DNA of 64,000 nt from assembly GCA_964252035.1 (NCBI GenBank), contig OZ176200.1. One strand, given 5' to 3'. A program made the position numbers and the translations under genes. Of this stretch, positions 1 through 13,536 are shown piece by piece. Below the pieces are notes generated by a model, which searched no databases, was not told the origin of the DNA, and was given only the letters and a program-made list of their open reading frames with translations. The stretch's first letter is position 1, and each line of letters opens with the position of its first letter. The stretch is from Podarcis erhardii (taxonomy: Eukaryota).

Positions 1-2385
1 GCCCTACCTCTAAGTATCACAATATACTGTGTCTTGCTTGCTCTAAGTCTCTGAAGCATTCTCCTTGCATGAACGAATGAACTTAACAAGAGTCCTGCAG
101 GATCAAACCAAAGGCCTATCCAGTCCAGCATCCTGTTCTCTATAGTGGCTAACCAGATGTCTCTGGGGAACCCAAAAGCAGGGCATATACTCAACAGCCC
201 TCTCCTGCTCTTGCTTCCATTGTTCTTGGCCTTCCATGTTTTCTTAAAAAAATAACAAGTTACACAGCGTATCAGGAATTTCTGCTGAGATTCTAATTTT
301 CATACACTTCAGATTAGTATCAAGGTGAAATCTTCTCTCCACACAGATTGTCAACTCAGTACTAATGTGCCTTTCGGAAACTGTCTGTTGCTCTGTGGGA
401 ATTGTCAGTAACCGTGTCATTATCCCTGTTTACATGACAGAACTATTTTTGCATGTCCCATTTAGCATTTGCTAAACTGCTGCCTCTGCTTGCTCCTCCC
501 TGCTAACAATGGACTTTGGGACTCATTTTTCTTCTGTGTAATTACAACTTTGTTTTTAAACTCTTGCACAGTGGAAGGCTTTTGCTTCAGTAACATTCAA
601 TTTGGCATTTTCCACAGTTCTGTGAGGTCACCTCTGTGAGAATGCCCCAAGAATGTGTGAGGCAATTCTGACCTTGAGATTCAAGGTTTGAGGCTCACCT
701 CACTCTAATTTTACACTCACAGACAACTCATTACCGCTCCCCCAGATTCTGTAAGCAATCTATGCTTTCCCACCATATGCATGCCTTAAGTGTTGTCCCC
801 AGAACTCTGCATAGAGATCCAACCAAAACAACACTCGTAACACATCCTTTATTTTAGTATGAAAGGTTTACGTGTGTGCTGTTCTTGTTCTCTGAAATTC
901 ATGAAACTTAAACAACAAAACTTGGGCAGCTGTAAAGACTAACAATTTTGTTGTGGCATAAATTTCCATGGGGCAGAGTCCATTTTATTAGGCGCTCAAA
1001 AGCAACTGACCCATAGAAGCTTGTGTCAGTCTTCATGGCGCCACATGAGTCTTTGTTGGTTTTGCTCCAACAGATTATCACACCTACTCCTCTGGAGTGT
1101 GAAATTTAAAGTGCTTAACTTTGGGCAGACCTTGCCCATTGGACTTACGCACGAGCCACTTAGCATCAAGAATGCTGAATAAATAATCAATAATAACAAG
1201 TATCTGTACTAGTTACTTGTTAATTCTTTCAACAGGTACCACCTTTTATATTATTAGAAAAACTAGTATTGTTTTTCAGTGCTTTTAAAATGTTTTAGTG
1301 CTACACTGCTTAAGTTAATGCCTGAAGTACAATTTTAAAATAATTGAACCAAACACTAAATAAAGCCAAAACACCTCTCTCTATCTGCAGGTGCTTATAT
1401 GTTTTTGCCTACTGAGATTATTATTTTTAATGCTGTATCTTTAATTGATAACTTGAAGGGAAAGAGAAAAGGAGAGGAAGTCAGAAGAAAAGAAGAAAGG
1501 AAAACCTCTCCCTGACTTCTGAGTCATAAATTTAACAGGTGTGACCTTTTGAAATAGTGGAAAATTCACCTTAACCTGCCTGACAAGTAAAAGGTGTTTT
1601 ACCCTATGATTTTGTTTTTTTCAGGAGGGCCTTGTTATTTTAATTTTTATGTGTCTCTGCTTTGATCAACATTGATCAAATGTTGTGCAATCCTATCCTG
1701 GGCCCAATGTGGGCAGATCCCCCACTGCTGCAGTAGTATCAGTGGTCTCTGCTGCAATTTGAGGATGGGCCCTCAGAGCAAGGCATTATGGTTGAAGGGG
1801 CCAGGACAGAGATGCCTTTGGCATGGCAGCTAAAAATTATGTTTAAAAATAAACTTTAAGCCAGCTTTAAACAGATTTTTCAAGCCATTTCGGTAAGGCA
1901 GTGGTGGCACAGGCACTCTCTAAGGCCACTTCACCCACAATAGGACCCCTTCTTCAGACTGAGGTATGGGAATTGGCACAGCAGAGCCCTACGGGTGACA
2001 CAACGAATCAGGGATGCAGGAAGTTGTGACGTCCTGATAGGAAGAGGGGAGGGAATCGTGCACGAGTCCAAGGCTCATGGCAGTTCCTTTCTGCTTATGC
2101 ACAGCTCGCCAAACCACACTCAGCCCAGTCTGTCTGCAGATTTCATGATTGCATCTCCTGGCCTCAACCTACTCCATACTGATAGGTCTACTCGGTAAAC
2201 GTAATTACCAAAATCAAATCAGGATACTCTGATTTGGGTTCTGAATAGGTGAGAGATAGCTTCTGAGAGGACTGATTGAAGTTACTATATCTCTCTGTGT
2301 CTTCTACCTACACAAACCAGAAGATTTTGAATTGCAGGGTCTGGTGAAGAAATCTGCTTATCAGAAGCATATTTACATAGTGAAA

Positions 2386-3020
2386 CATAGACTCATAGAA
2401 CTGTAGAGTTGGAAGGGACAAGAGGGTCATCTAGTCCAACCCCCTACAAGAAGAAGAAGAAGAAGAAGAAGAAGAAGAAGAAGAAGAAGAAGAAGAAGAA
2501 GAAGAAGAGTTTGAACTTGATATCCCGCCTTTCACTCCCCTTAAGGAGTCTCAAAGCGACTAACAATCTCCTTTCCCTTCCTCCCCCACAACAAACACTC
2601 TGTGAGGTGAGTGAGGCTGAAAGACATCAGGAAAGTGTGACTAGCCCAAGGTCACCCAGCAGCTTCATGTGGAGGAGCAGAGACACGAACTCAGTTCACC
2701 AGATTACGAGTCTACCACTCTTAACCACTACACCACACTGGCTCTCCTGCAGTGCAGGAATCTCAACTAAAGCATCCATGACAGATGACCATCCAACCTC
2801 TGCTTAAAAACCTCCAATGAAAAAGAGTACACCACCTCTTGTGGGAGTCAGTTTCACTGTGGAACAGCTCCTACTGTCAGAAATGTATTCCTGATGTTTA
2901 GTTGGAATCTCCTTTCTTGAAACTTGGAAGCCATTGGTTTGAGTCCTTCCCTCCAAAGCAGGAGAAAACAAGCTTGCTCCATCTTCCATGTGACAGCCCT
3001 TGAGATATTTGAAGATGGCT
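2386..3020 (-). mobile_element. CR1 LINE 3' fragment, interrupted by the SINE at 2448-2746
   Basis: catagaactgtagagttggaaggg...gtcatctagtccaacccc | ctgcagtgcagg...; colinear with the CR1 copy at 54542-55030. Confidence 0.8.
2448..2746 (-). mobile_element. Squam3-type (tRNA/MIR-derived) SINE with (CTT)20 tail, nested in a CR1 3' fragment
   Basis: Minus strand begins GAGAGCCAGTGTGGTGTAGTGGTTAAGAG (A-box-like); (AAG)20 at 2448-2507; homologous to 5999-6279. Confidence 0.85.
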
Positions 3021-3626
3021 GTAATACTTCATATGTGTGTTTTAAAGGCAAATATTTAACCACACAGAGTACCTGTGAAGCATTTAGGTTCTGCTGGGCT
3101 AAATATTACCTTTGATGTATAACCAATTACCAGAGCATTTCTCCTTGCATCAGAGCATTTTCCCACATGCACTACACATTCTGGAGTGGGGTGGGGAAGC
3201 ATTTTCAGCTTGAGGGCCACATTCCTCTATGGGTAAGCTTCCAGGGCCACATTCCAGGAGTTGATGGGACCAGAGGCCAATGTGTGTGGGGCAATGAAAG
3301 TGCTACTGTTTTACTGTTGTTCCAGTCCTACATGGATGGCAGACTTCAGAGGGTGGTGCTGGGGGGATGCCGTATGGCCCAATGGGCCCTCCAATGTGGG
3401 GTGCCACAGGAGTCAGTTTTATTGTTATTCTGTTGTTATTGTTGCTGCTGCTGCTGCTGCTGTTGACATCTGCCTGTCTCCAGAGACAATGGAGTGCGCC
3501 TCCAGGAGTGTCGTCAAACCGCTGCATTAGCAGCACTGAAGTCACCTCCCTGGAGCACAAGCCTGGGTTATTCAGTACCAACAACTTAATCTCACGTTTG
3601 CTAACATCTAGGTAGTCTGAATATCA

Positions 3627-3668
<42 letters not shown>

Positions 3669-3677
3669 ACAAACAAA
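3627..3677. repeat. (AAGC)n(AAAC)n microsatellite
   Basis: Direct inspection. Confidence 0.95.
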
Positions 3678-5699
3678 CCAAACAACTAAAACACAATATG
3701 TGGGTACAGGCCATGTGTTCACATTTGTTGTAGGTACATGCACACACATTTACATATATACACACACAGGTACAGCTCCCAAGATTTGTAGATTTGTATG
3801 GGTGTTGTAGGAAAATATGAGGAGGAATTTATTGGAGAGTTCCAGGATCCCATCCAACTTGGAAGATTATGCTTTGGGCAATAGCCCTGGCCAGGTCTTG
3901 CAAGTTTATCTCTTCATTGTTAAGTATAAGTGATATGTGGCCACAGGAACTTAATAACTGAAGGATTGCTCTCAATAGCTAGTCTTCTAAAAGGCCAGCA
4001 AACATAATGAAAGAGGATGCTTCCCCTCGTCCAACACACCCACTCCCTGCTGAGGATGCTATAACCCAATGCTTCTGTGTGAATAACAGACTGTAGTTTG
4101 AGACAGACTGCAGACAGAAGAAGAAAGGTGTGTGTTAGACTTTGAAGCATCTTACTGTTGAAGTATCTCCGATGCTCAAGCCGTATATATTTGTAAATAC
4201 AGTAACTGCAAATACTGCAATAACACCAATAAGCCTCCACTGTGACCTTCTTCCAATGAAAAACTATAGCTGAGTAAGTGCTGCACTCCACTCCTGGAAC
4301 TTCTCACTTGTTGGAGAAGTGGGGAACAGTATCTGTGTAGGTTACCTGCCTTGTCACTTTGCTGGATCCTCTAGTTTTATTTTCTCCAAAGAAGAGTGAA
4401 GCTAACTTTGGGAGAAAGTGAATGGCAGGAGCTTATTATACCAATGAGCAGAAGCTAATTCCTATTTCTCTCCCACAAGCACAAATGTGTTACCTGCTTG
4501 CTCCCTGGTGCAGACTTCCCAGAACCATCGCACAAAACTTTAAACAAATAAATAAGAAACGTGACTCGTACATTGTCTTAAGGAGACAGTAAGCTGTGTT
4601 ATGTTTCCACTGATCTGCAGAGGTTAAGGAACACATTCTGACAGATAAAGTGAGGACAGAGGGTCTTAGGTTAACCTGCAGAGAGGCTTGGGCTATGTGA
4701 ATCTTGAATATTAAGCCAAACTGGGCGAGTTCCCAGTGCTTCTGATGTGCTCCCACAAAACCCCAAATATTTCCCTTCTTAGCAAGTGTAGTAGAACAGA
4801 GGCAAGCTGTTGCATAGTTATTTCTCTCTCTGTCTGTGTCTGCCAAAGATCAAACAGTGTTTGAGTCTGATACTAGGCAGAACCAGAATCAACTGGTAGA
4901 AACATTGTGAAATAAAATCGCAGCCAAGGAAGGGGAAAGGCAGTAGTTGTGCTTAACATTCATGACTTCTTGCCCTGTCAGCGCTGCTTCAACTCCAAAG
5001 TTCAAAATCAGTTTGAACGACAGTGGCCTTTCCACTTGATCCATAGATCCTCAGACCAATGTGAATTCATGAACCCTCCTGGATGGAAGCTTACATTAAC
5101 CCTTGCAACCCAAACCCCTAGCTTTTCTTCACTCTAAATCTAACCTTGCTGTTAACTATATCCCCTGCAACATTTATGCACTTTTACACTGTTGCACCTC
5201 TAAATTTAATATATAATTCTAATAATCACTGTCCTTTTACACTAGATGTCATTCTGGGCAACACTGTAGCCCTGGTTCAGCCCAGTAGATTTTTCCCATG
5301 ACAGAAGACTTCCCCTTTAATTGGCATCTTGTTTAAACCAAAGGCAAAGGCAGAATGAAGTCATGTGGGAGCCACAGATGTGGTGGATAAATTGCTGTTC
5401 TTGGAGTTGCGAAAGCAATATTTAAATTTGTGTTCAGCCATGAAGTTACTGGATACCTTTGAGCAGATCCCCATAGTTATTCTCCCTCCCTGTGTTTCCC
5501 ATCACATGAGACGAAGAATGAGGCTGTGCTCATTCATGCCATGTGCCACATCATGTGCCCTGCCACCCTCAGCCCACCATGTGTTGGCGGTCTGAAGAGA
5601 GGAACCTGCTCTGTGCATGCAAGTCAGAACCCTGTGCAATCAGATAAAAGAAAGCACTTCCCCATGCTGCGCATAGCTAGGACAGCTCTTAAAGTAGAT

Positions 5700-6495
5700 C
5701 ATTCATTCATTCATTCATTCATTTTATATACTGCACTTTATGATAAGATCCCATGACGTTGTACAACATAAAAAACCCCCAGAACATCAATAATAAAAAC
5801 ATACTATTAGACAGCCTAATAGTAAATTAATCATCATAATAACAGACCACTTCTCCACACATTCACATGGCATAGATTATTCAATAGCCATAAGACTGGG
5901 TAAAGAGGAATGTTTTTGCCTGGTGCCTAAAGACATGTAGTGATGGCACCAGGCGAGCCTCTCTGGGGACAGCACTCCACAATCAGGGATCCACCACAGA
6001 AAAGCCTGTTGTGGTGTAGTGGTTAAGAGTGGTAGTCTCGTAATCTGGGGAACCGGGTTCGATTCCCCGCTCCTCCACGTGCAGCTGCTGGGTGACCTTG
6101 GCTAGTCACACTTCTCTGAAGTCTCTCAGCCTCACACATCTCACAGAGTGTTTGTTGTGGGGGAGGAAGGGAAAGGAGAATGTTAGCCGCTTTGGGTAGT
6201 GCTAAAGCGGGATATCAAATCCAAACTCCTCCTCCTCCTCCTCCTCCTCCTCCTCCTCCTTCTTCCTCTTCTTCTTCTTGCCACCCTCCAAACCTCTCTG
6301 GCATGGGGGGGGGGAGCATGGAGAAGGGCCTCAGATGACAAGCGCAGGGTCTGGGTTGGTTTGTATGGGGAGAGGCGATCCTTAAGGTGTTGAGGTCCTG
6401 AGCTGTGTAAGGCTTTAAAGGTCAACACCAGCACTTTGAACTGGGTCCGGAATCTAATTGGCAGCCAGTGAAGTTGTGGCAGGACTGGTATTGGA
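5700..6495 (-). mobile_element. L2-type LINE 3' fragment
   Basis: Minus frame LHWLPIRFRTQFKVLVLTFKALH...P.HL, typical of the L2 ORF2 C-terminus; (ATTC)n tail at 5700-5723. Confidence 0.7.
5999..6279 (+). mobile_element. Squam3-type SINE with (CTC/CTT)n tail, nested in an L2 fragment
   Basis: gtggtgtagtggttaagag (A-box-like) and gggttcgattcc (B-box-like); body matches 2508-2746. Confidence 0.85.
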
Positions 6496-6724
6496 GTAGA
6501 CAAATTTGTGGAGGAGAGAGCTATCAGTGGCTACCAGCCATGATGGCTATGTTCTGCCTTCATGGTTGGAGGCAGGAAAGCTTCTGAATGGTGGTTACTG
6601 GAAGCTGCAGGAGGAGAGAGGGCTCTTGGGCCTAGGCCCTGCTTAAGAGTTTCCCACAGGCACCGTGAGAACAGCAAGCTGGACTAATGGACCAGCTTGA
6701 CCCAGCAGAATCTTCTTATGTTCT
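6492..6724 (+). mobile_element. Old CR1-like 3' fragment of a second subfamily (related copies near 84-217, 45158-45666 and 56175-56424)
   Basis: Shared gtgagaacagNNNgctggactaNatgg...ccagcag...tcttatgttct terminus among the copies; family assignment from memory. Confidence 0.5.
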
Positions 6725-7975
6725 TCTCATCAGGGTTTTTAATATTGTGGGGAGTAAGCTCTGAACTTCAGATCTTCTCCAACACATGTCCCAATTGAGA
6801 AGGCGCTACTTGCACTAGAAGGAAAGCTACCATCACCACCATATGCGAGTTTTAAAGTTATATGGAAAAAAATCAGGCACTGCTAGAAAACTTGCAAAGC
6901 AATGCATTAAAAACAGTTGGTCCAATAAAAGTTATTTCATCATCAGTTTTATCACTTATTCTTCATGGCCAAATGGAGCAACTATCACCTACAGTACTAT
7001 TGTGCTGGGAAATTCGGTGTTTGTTAGATTAATCTACAGGCTTCTAGCTAGGTTAAGCAATTGCCATATTGTGTAGCACGGGTTGCTTTGATGCTAGAAG
7101 TTAATTATCCACACTTCAATTATCCCATGGTTTAGCAGTCCTTTACCCCTTCCTAAATGAACTCTGGCAGTTGTAGTGAAGGGATGGGCCACAGCATAGA
7201 ACAACAGCTAGGGATCCCAAGAGCAGAATTCACATCACACTCACCGTACTGCTATACCCAGGGTTTGGGGGGGGGGGCTTTATTAAAATTAAAATTGTTT
7301 TTTTAAAAAACCACAAAATATAAGGTTCTTATTTATTTTTATTTATTTATAAAAAAAATTGTATGCCTTTGTGTCATAAAAATATATCAAAGCAGCTTAC
7401 AGCAGTAAAAACATAAAATTATAAAATAAAAACCATTAAAAGGTTAAAAACAGACACCAATTAACCATTGTGGAAGGATGCTTTCTTAACTGCCTGCATA
7501 GGTCTGGTTTTCAGCAGGCGTTTATGTTTACGTTGTGCTACCAGTAGTCCTATTAAGATGCCTCAGGAATTTTTATTAATAGCCTTCTCCTTGTCCCACC
7601 CATATTAAGTGCATGGATTTCTTTACCCAACTTTCAAACTGCTGTTTAAACCAATGTGTTTAGAAAGCCATTTGGAATTTTGGCATGGGAAAAAGTCTCA
7701 TGCATTTCAACAAAAATTTCCACCCGAACTGGCAAATATACAGAAAACAATCTACACACAAACAGCAGCAGCAGGGAAAGGGGAGATGGAATGGAATGGA
7801 GCGTTCGGTACTGCAACATTTTGTTGCACGCATCACCTGTTTTATCCAATTCTTCAACTCTTCCTTCTCAGAGTTTTTCTATCTCCTTCTTTTCTTTGAT
7901 TAGAGCAGGCTTTACAGACTGTTCAGAAGCTGAAATTTATCCTGGAGCAACCGAATTTATTTCATTTACCACTCT

Positions 7976-8028
7976 CCTTCCTTCCTTCCTTCCTTCCTTC
8001 CTTCCTTCCTTCCTTCCTTCCTTCCTTC
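7976..8028. repeat. (CTTC)n microsatellite
   Basis: Direct inspection. Confidence 0.95.
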
Positions 8029-8470
8029 TTTCTCAGGCTGTTTTAAAATGCCCTCATGCAGCTGCAGTTATGCAATGACTGCAGGCTGTTTCACACGTAT
8101 GAAGAGTACTTTGCTCTCTCAGCTGTTCAGCAAGGGTAGGACATGCTTTTCCAGGAAAAGAAAGATTACCTAGAAGGTGTGGCGGCAAGTTATCATTAAA
8201 CAAGCATATCTTTCATTATAACCTCAGGAGACTGGTATCAGGTAGGAATTACAGCAGATGAGACTTGCATACCTGAACAATTTTGTCAAGCGTGCTTCTA
8301 CTTTACAAGAGGCAGGGGGGTGGGGTGGGGACGGGTGTTGTCCAGCATCCATGGGAGAATTTACAGTAAAACTGGGGGGGAAAGGGGCGGTTGCAAAATC
8401 ACTAATATGGAAAAGTGAGGGGCCACACAATGTAAAAATTGTTCCATGGGAAGTGCAAAGGAAGCGAGTA

Positions 8471-8712
8471 CAGTGGTACCTCGGGTTACATACGCTTCAG
8501 GTTACATACACTTTAGGTTACACACTCCGCTAACAGAGAAATAGTGCTTCAGGTTAAGAACTTTGCTTCAGGATGAGAACAGAAATCGTGCTCTGGTGGC
8601 GCAGCGACAGCGGGAGGCCCAATTAGCTAAAGTGGTGCTTCAGGTTAAGAATAGTTTCAGGTTAAGTACGGACCTCCAGAACGAATTAAGTACTTAACCT
8701 GAGGTACCACTG
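8471..8712 (+). mobile_element. Tc1/mariner (Tigger-like) MITE
   Basis: TIR CAGTGGTACCTC / GAGGTACCACTG, TA on both sides. Confidence 0.88.
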
Positions 8713-9311
8713 TATAGGAATGAGAGCTGCTTGGCAAAGGGGGCTGGTGAAACCGCCCCTCCCCCAGCGCGCAGGCCCATGTGTGTGTGCTGGAACTGAG
8801 TTCCGGCAAGTTCCAGCTGACAAAAAGCCCTGAGTGTGTGTGGCAAAGCAACACTACGAGTGTGGGGAGATAAAACACATGAGAAGCTTCCCGCCCTTTT
8901 CGCACTGTGGCACAAATGTGTGCAAATTTTTTTTTTTTGCTCTTCCTCCTCACCTTGCCCTCACTCTGAACACTTTGAGTACTTGGGTCGCATAAAATGT
9001 AGTAATTTCTAATGTGGCCATTACTGTAAAGTGATTTTTTTTTCAAAGGGGGGGGGATACAGCTCCTTGCCAAGGGCACAGGGTATCCTAGGTATGCCTC
9101 CGCATAGGGTCAGACATTTAGGGTTGGACCAGCCATTTGCACTGTGGTGGCCGACAAACTGTCATGTTCCTCTGTCACTATCAGATCAGTAGAGCCTGTG
9201 AGGGCATCTATGGAGGAAGGCACCCCACACGACACATGCAGCTTGCAGTCTCACATGCAGCAGCATGTGAAATGGTGCACTGCAGTTGTATTTGGTTTGG
9301 GAACTTATATA

Positions 9312-9539
9312 CAGTGGTATCTTGGGTTAAGAACTTAATTTGTTCTGGAGGTCTGTTATCTTAACCTGAAACTGTTCTTAACCTGAAGCACCACTTTAGC
9401 TAATGGGGCCTCCTGCTGCCACTGCGCCGCCGGAGCATGATTTCTGTTCTCATCCTGAAGCAAAGTTCTTAACCCAAGGTACTATTTCTGGGTTAGCAGA
9501 GTCTGTAACCTGAAGCGTATGTAACCTGAGGTACCACTG
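9312..9539 (-). mobile_element. Same MITE family, inverted relative to 8471-8712
   Basis: TIRs plus TA TSD; the internal sequence is the reverse complement of the 8471 copy. Confidence 0.88.
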
Positions 9540-10221
9540 TATGTGTGTCTTTATGCCAACTCATAAAATAAACCCACACCATTGTGGAAAGGCAATATAA
9601 ATTATGCTAATGCATAATAAGAGCATTACATAAGGGAGGGACCCGCTGTCTCCTCAAAAGCACACAAAGGATGTAGAAGGGCCTAGTATTGCTTTGATGA
9701 GTGATGATGAGATTAGATAAGATGAAGGAGCTTGATTAGGCAGGCAAAGCTGAGGATGGGAATGGCCAGCACCACTTTTTCCAAACATGCCTCAGACCTT
9801 CCATCATCCTCTGCCCTGCCAAGGAAGCTAGGAGCAGAAAGGTCTCTAAAAGGAAAAGGGAATGACACTGCATTAATGGTGGGGGACCCCAGTCACACAA
9901 AAACAAGAAGTGGAAAACACGTGGAGCAATGATTCCAGCGAGAGATGATTAATGCATAAAGGCAGGAAGCCGTGACTGAAGTATTTCAAAATAATGGTTT
10001 TTACGGCCATAGTCTTTGTTAATGGCCGCCAGAAATACAGGGAAATTCCAATTCCCTGTTGGCACCAGTGGGTGTTTTGAAGGGATGTGCACTGGCTGCA
10101 AAATTCAATACGTCTCTCTAGCTTTGGGAAACATCTAAATCTATTTCAGAGCCACTCCGTGTCTTTCCTATTCATTCTTCACGACCCACTTAGATCTATC
10201 TAAAAACAAATATAAACTCTG

Positions 10222-13200
10222 GTGTTTTTTTTATAATATTTATTAAAGTTTTTTAAACAATAAACAAAAAACATACATAATAACATAGTCTTTTCAAATT
10301 TCCACATTTCATTCTCCTCTTTGGACTTCCTCACATCTCTTGTTCCTGCATTCTGAACTCACAAATTTTGCTAGCAAATTATTTACTTGTTTCAATTCAT
10401 ATCATATAATTATCCAATATTAAATCTCAAATTTTAGAATTTAAATCACACTTTTGAGATCTTAGTTTTGAAATATTGTTTATCCAAAATTTGTCTTTTC
10501 TTTCAATTACGTTCAAATTTATATTCCTTATTACTAATTTGTTGGAGCCGTGTTATTACAAATCTTACATCTTTCTTAGCATTCATACAATTTACAATGT
10601 TTTTGTAGATAATCCTTAAATTTCTTCCAGTCCTCCTCCACCAGTTCCTCTCCCAGGTCTCGGATTCTGCCTGTCATCTCAGCCAGTTCCATATAATCCA
10701 TCAGTTGCATCTGCCATTCTTCCAGCGTGGGCAAATCTTGAGTTTTCCAGCATTTAGCAATGAGTATCCTTGCTGCTGTTGTGGCATACATAAAAAAAGT
10801 TCGATCCTTCTTTTGCACACTCTGGCCGACACTGCCTAAAAGAAAGGCCTCTGGTTTCTTAGGGAAGGTATACTTAAATACCTTTTTCAGCTCATTGTAT
10901 ATCATTTCCCAGAAAGCCTTCACTCTAGGGCAAGTCCACCAGAGGTGAAATAATGTTCCTTCAGCTTCTTTACACTTCCAACATTTATTGTCAGACAGAT
11001 GGTATATCTTTGCGAGCTTGACTGGAGTCATGTACCACCTATATATCATTTTCATAATGTTTTCTTTCAAGGCATTACATGCCGTGAACTTCATACCGGT
11101 GGTCCATAACTTTTCCCAGTCAGCAAACATTGTTGTACCCTATGTCCTGTGCCCATTTTATCATAGCTGATTTGACCGTTTCATCCTGTGTATTCCATTT
11201 TAGCAGCAAGTTATACATTCTCGAAAGTGTCTTAGAGCTGGGTTCTAACAATTCTGTTTCTAACTTTGATTTTTCCACCTGGAATCCTAATTTTTTATCT
11301 GACTTAAAGGCTTCTTTAATCTGAGCATAATGTAGCCAATCTCGCACTTTCCCCTTTAGTTTCTCCATACTCTGCAACCTCCAATTGTCTCCATCTTTTT
11401 CTATTATTTCCCAATATTTCGGCCATTTGGCCTCCATATTGAGTCTTTTTGGGGCCTTAGCCTCCATTGGTGATAACCACCTTGGGGTCTTGTTTTCCAA
11501 TAAGTCCTTGTATTTTGACCAGACATTGAACACTGCTTTTCTGACAACATGATTCTTAAAAGCCTTGTGTATTTTAACCTTGTCATACCACAGATATGCA
11601 TGCCAACCAAAAGCATTGTTAAATCCTTCCAAATCTAAAACATCAGTGTTTTCAAGAAGCAGCCAATCTTTCAACCAGCAGAAAGCTGCTGATTCATAGT
11701 AGAGCTTTAAGTCTGGCAGGGCAAAGCCCCCTCTTTCTTTAGCATCAGTTAGTATCTTAAACTTAATTCTGGGCTTTTTGCCCTGCCAGACAAATTTTGA
11801 GATATCTCTTTGCCACCTCCCAAAACACTCCATTTTATCCACAATCTGCAAGGTTTGAAACAAAAACAACATTTTTGGCAATACATTAATCTTAATAGCA
11901 GCAATGCGTCCTGACAAGGAAAGTTTCAGTCTTGACCAAACATCTAGATCCCTTTTAATTTCAGACCAACATTTTTCATAATTATCTTTAAATAAATTCA
12001 TGTTCTTCACTGTTATGTTTACCCCTAGGTATTTTACTTTTTTAACCACATTTAATTCTGTCTCTTTCTGAAACCTTTCTGATTCTGAAGAAGTCAATTT
12101 TTTTTCCAAAACCTTGGTTTTTTGCTTGTTAAGTTTGAATCCCGCCACCCGACCAAACTCATAAATCAGTTGCAATACCCTTTTAGTACTTGGCTCTGGC
12201 TCCTGTAAGGTCAATACTAGGTCATCTGCAAATGCTTTAAGTTTATACTGTTTCGCTCCGACCTGAATACCCTCCACCAACCGGTCTCCTCTAATCGTAT
12301 TTAGAAGCACTTCCAGGACCGATATAAATAACAAGGGGGAAATAGGACAGCCTTGTCGTGTTCCTTTTTCAATTTTAAACTCTTCCGTCACCACATTGTT
12401 CACTATCAATTTTGCCTTCTGCTCCGAATAGATTGCCTCTATCCCATTCTCAAACCCCCGCCCCACTCCCATTCCTTCCAAATTTTTCTTCATAAACTTC
12501 CAAGAAATATTGTCAAAGGCCTTCTCCGCATCTATGAATATCAACACTGCTTTTGTATTAATGTTTGTTTGCAAGAGTTCCAAAATATCAATAATATTCC
12601 TTGTATTTGCAAACAAATGTCTACCTGGGAGAAAGCCTGCTTGGTCCTTATGAATCACTTCATTTAACACTTTTTTAAATCTACTTGCCAAAATGTCTGC
12701 AAATATTTTGTAATCCACATTCAGGAGGGAGATGGGGCGGTAGTTCTTGAGTTGTGTCTTTTCGGTTTCTAGTTTAGGTATCAATGTGATGAAAGCCTCT
12801 TTCCACGACTCTGGTGCCTTCTTCCCTTCCATAATTTCATTACAAACCTCCATTAATGGATGTATCAAATAATCTTTCAATGTCTTATAATATTTGGAGG
12901 TGAGTCCATCTGGCCCTGGAGACTTGCCCAGTTGCATGTTCTGAATGGCTTCATCAATCTCTTGTTGTGTTATTTTGTAGTTCAGGATTGTTCTATTTCG
13001 CAGGGACAACCTTGGTAGACCATTCTTCTTTAAAAATTGTTCTATCTCCACTTCGTTTTGCGGCCCTTGTGTATATAATTGTTTGAAATATCTCTGGAAA
13101 CACTTTCTAATCTCCACTGGATTCTGGATGTTTCTTCCTTCAATTTCTAAATTTGTTACCGTGTTCAGTTTTTGTCTCTTTTTCAGCTGCCATGCTAGCA

Positions 13201-13536
13201 GCTTTCCACATTTATTTACTGATTCAAAGGATCTTTGTTTCATTAATTTAACTTTCCATTCCACCTCCTGATTTATCAATTTTGAATATTGTGCTTGATA
13301 AAGTTTAATTTCTCTTAGAATCTCCTTTGATTTCGGTCTCGATCTTAACTTCTTCTCACCTTCTTTAATTTTCTCCAAAATCTTATCTTTTTTCTCATTC
13401 TGTGCTTTTTTCTTTATAGTGTTCTGTTGTATCAGAAACCCCCTCATAACAGCCTTACTTGCGTCCCAGACAATTCTTTTTTCCACCGTGGTGTTCAGAT
13501 TTATCTCAAAGTAGTCCTTCAAAACTTTTTGGGCCT
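10222..13536 (-). mobile_element. 5'-truncated L1-clade LINE (ORF2 RT and C-terminal CCHC region plus 3' UTR), one frameshift
   Basis: 800-aa ORF with YRPISLLNVDYK, GTRQGCPISPLLF and FADD RT motifs; frameshift near 11130 into a 184-aa ORF with CX2CX8HX4C; AATAAA (10244-10239) and A tail; perfect 21-bp TSD TAAAAACAAATATAAACTCTG at 10201-10221 and 13537-13557. Confidence 0.95.

Noticed and set aside
2409-2807. 132-aa poly-Lys ORF, and similar poly-Leu/Arg/Ala/Cys ORFs at 3167-3615, 6183-6503 and 43969-44322
   Set aside because: Products of SINE tails and trinucleotide microsatellites. 3300-3420 is only a decayed LINE RT fragment (CGVPQESVL).
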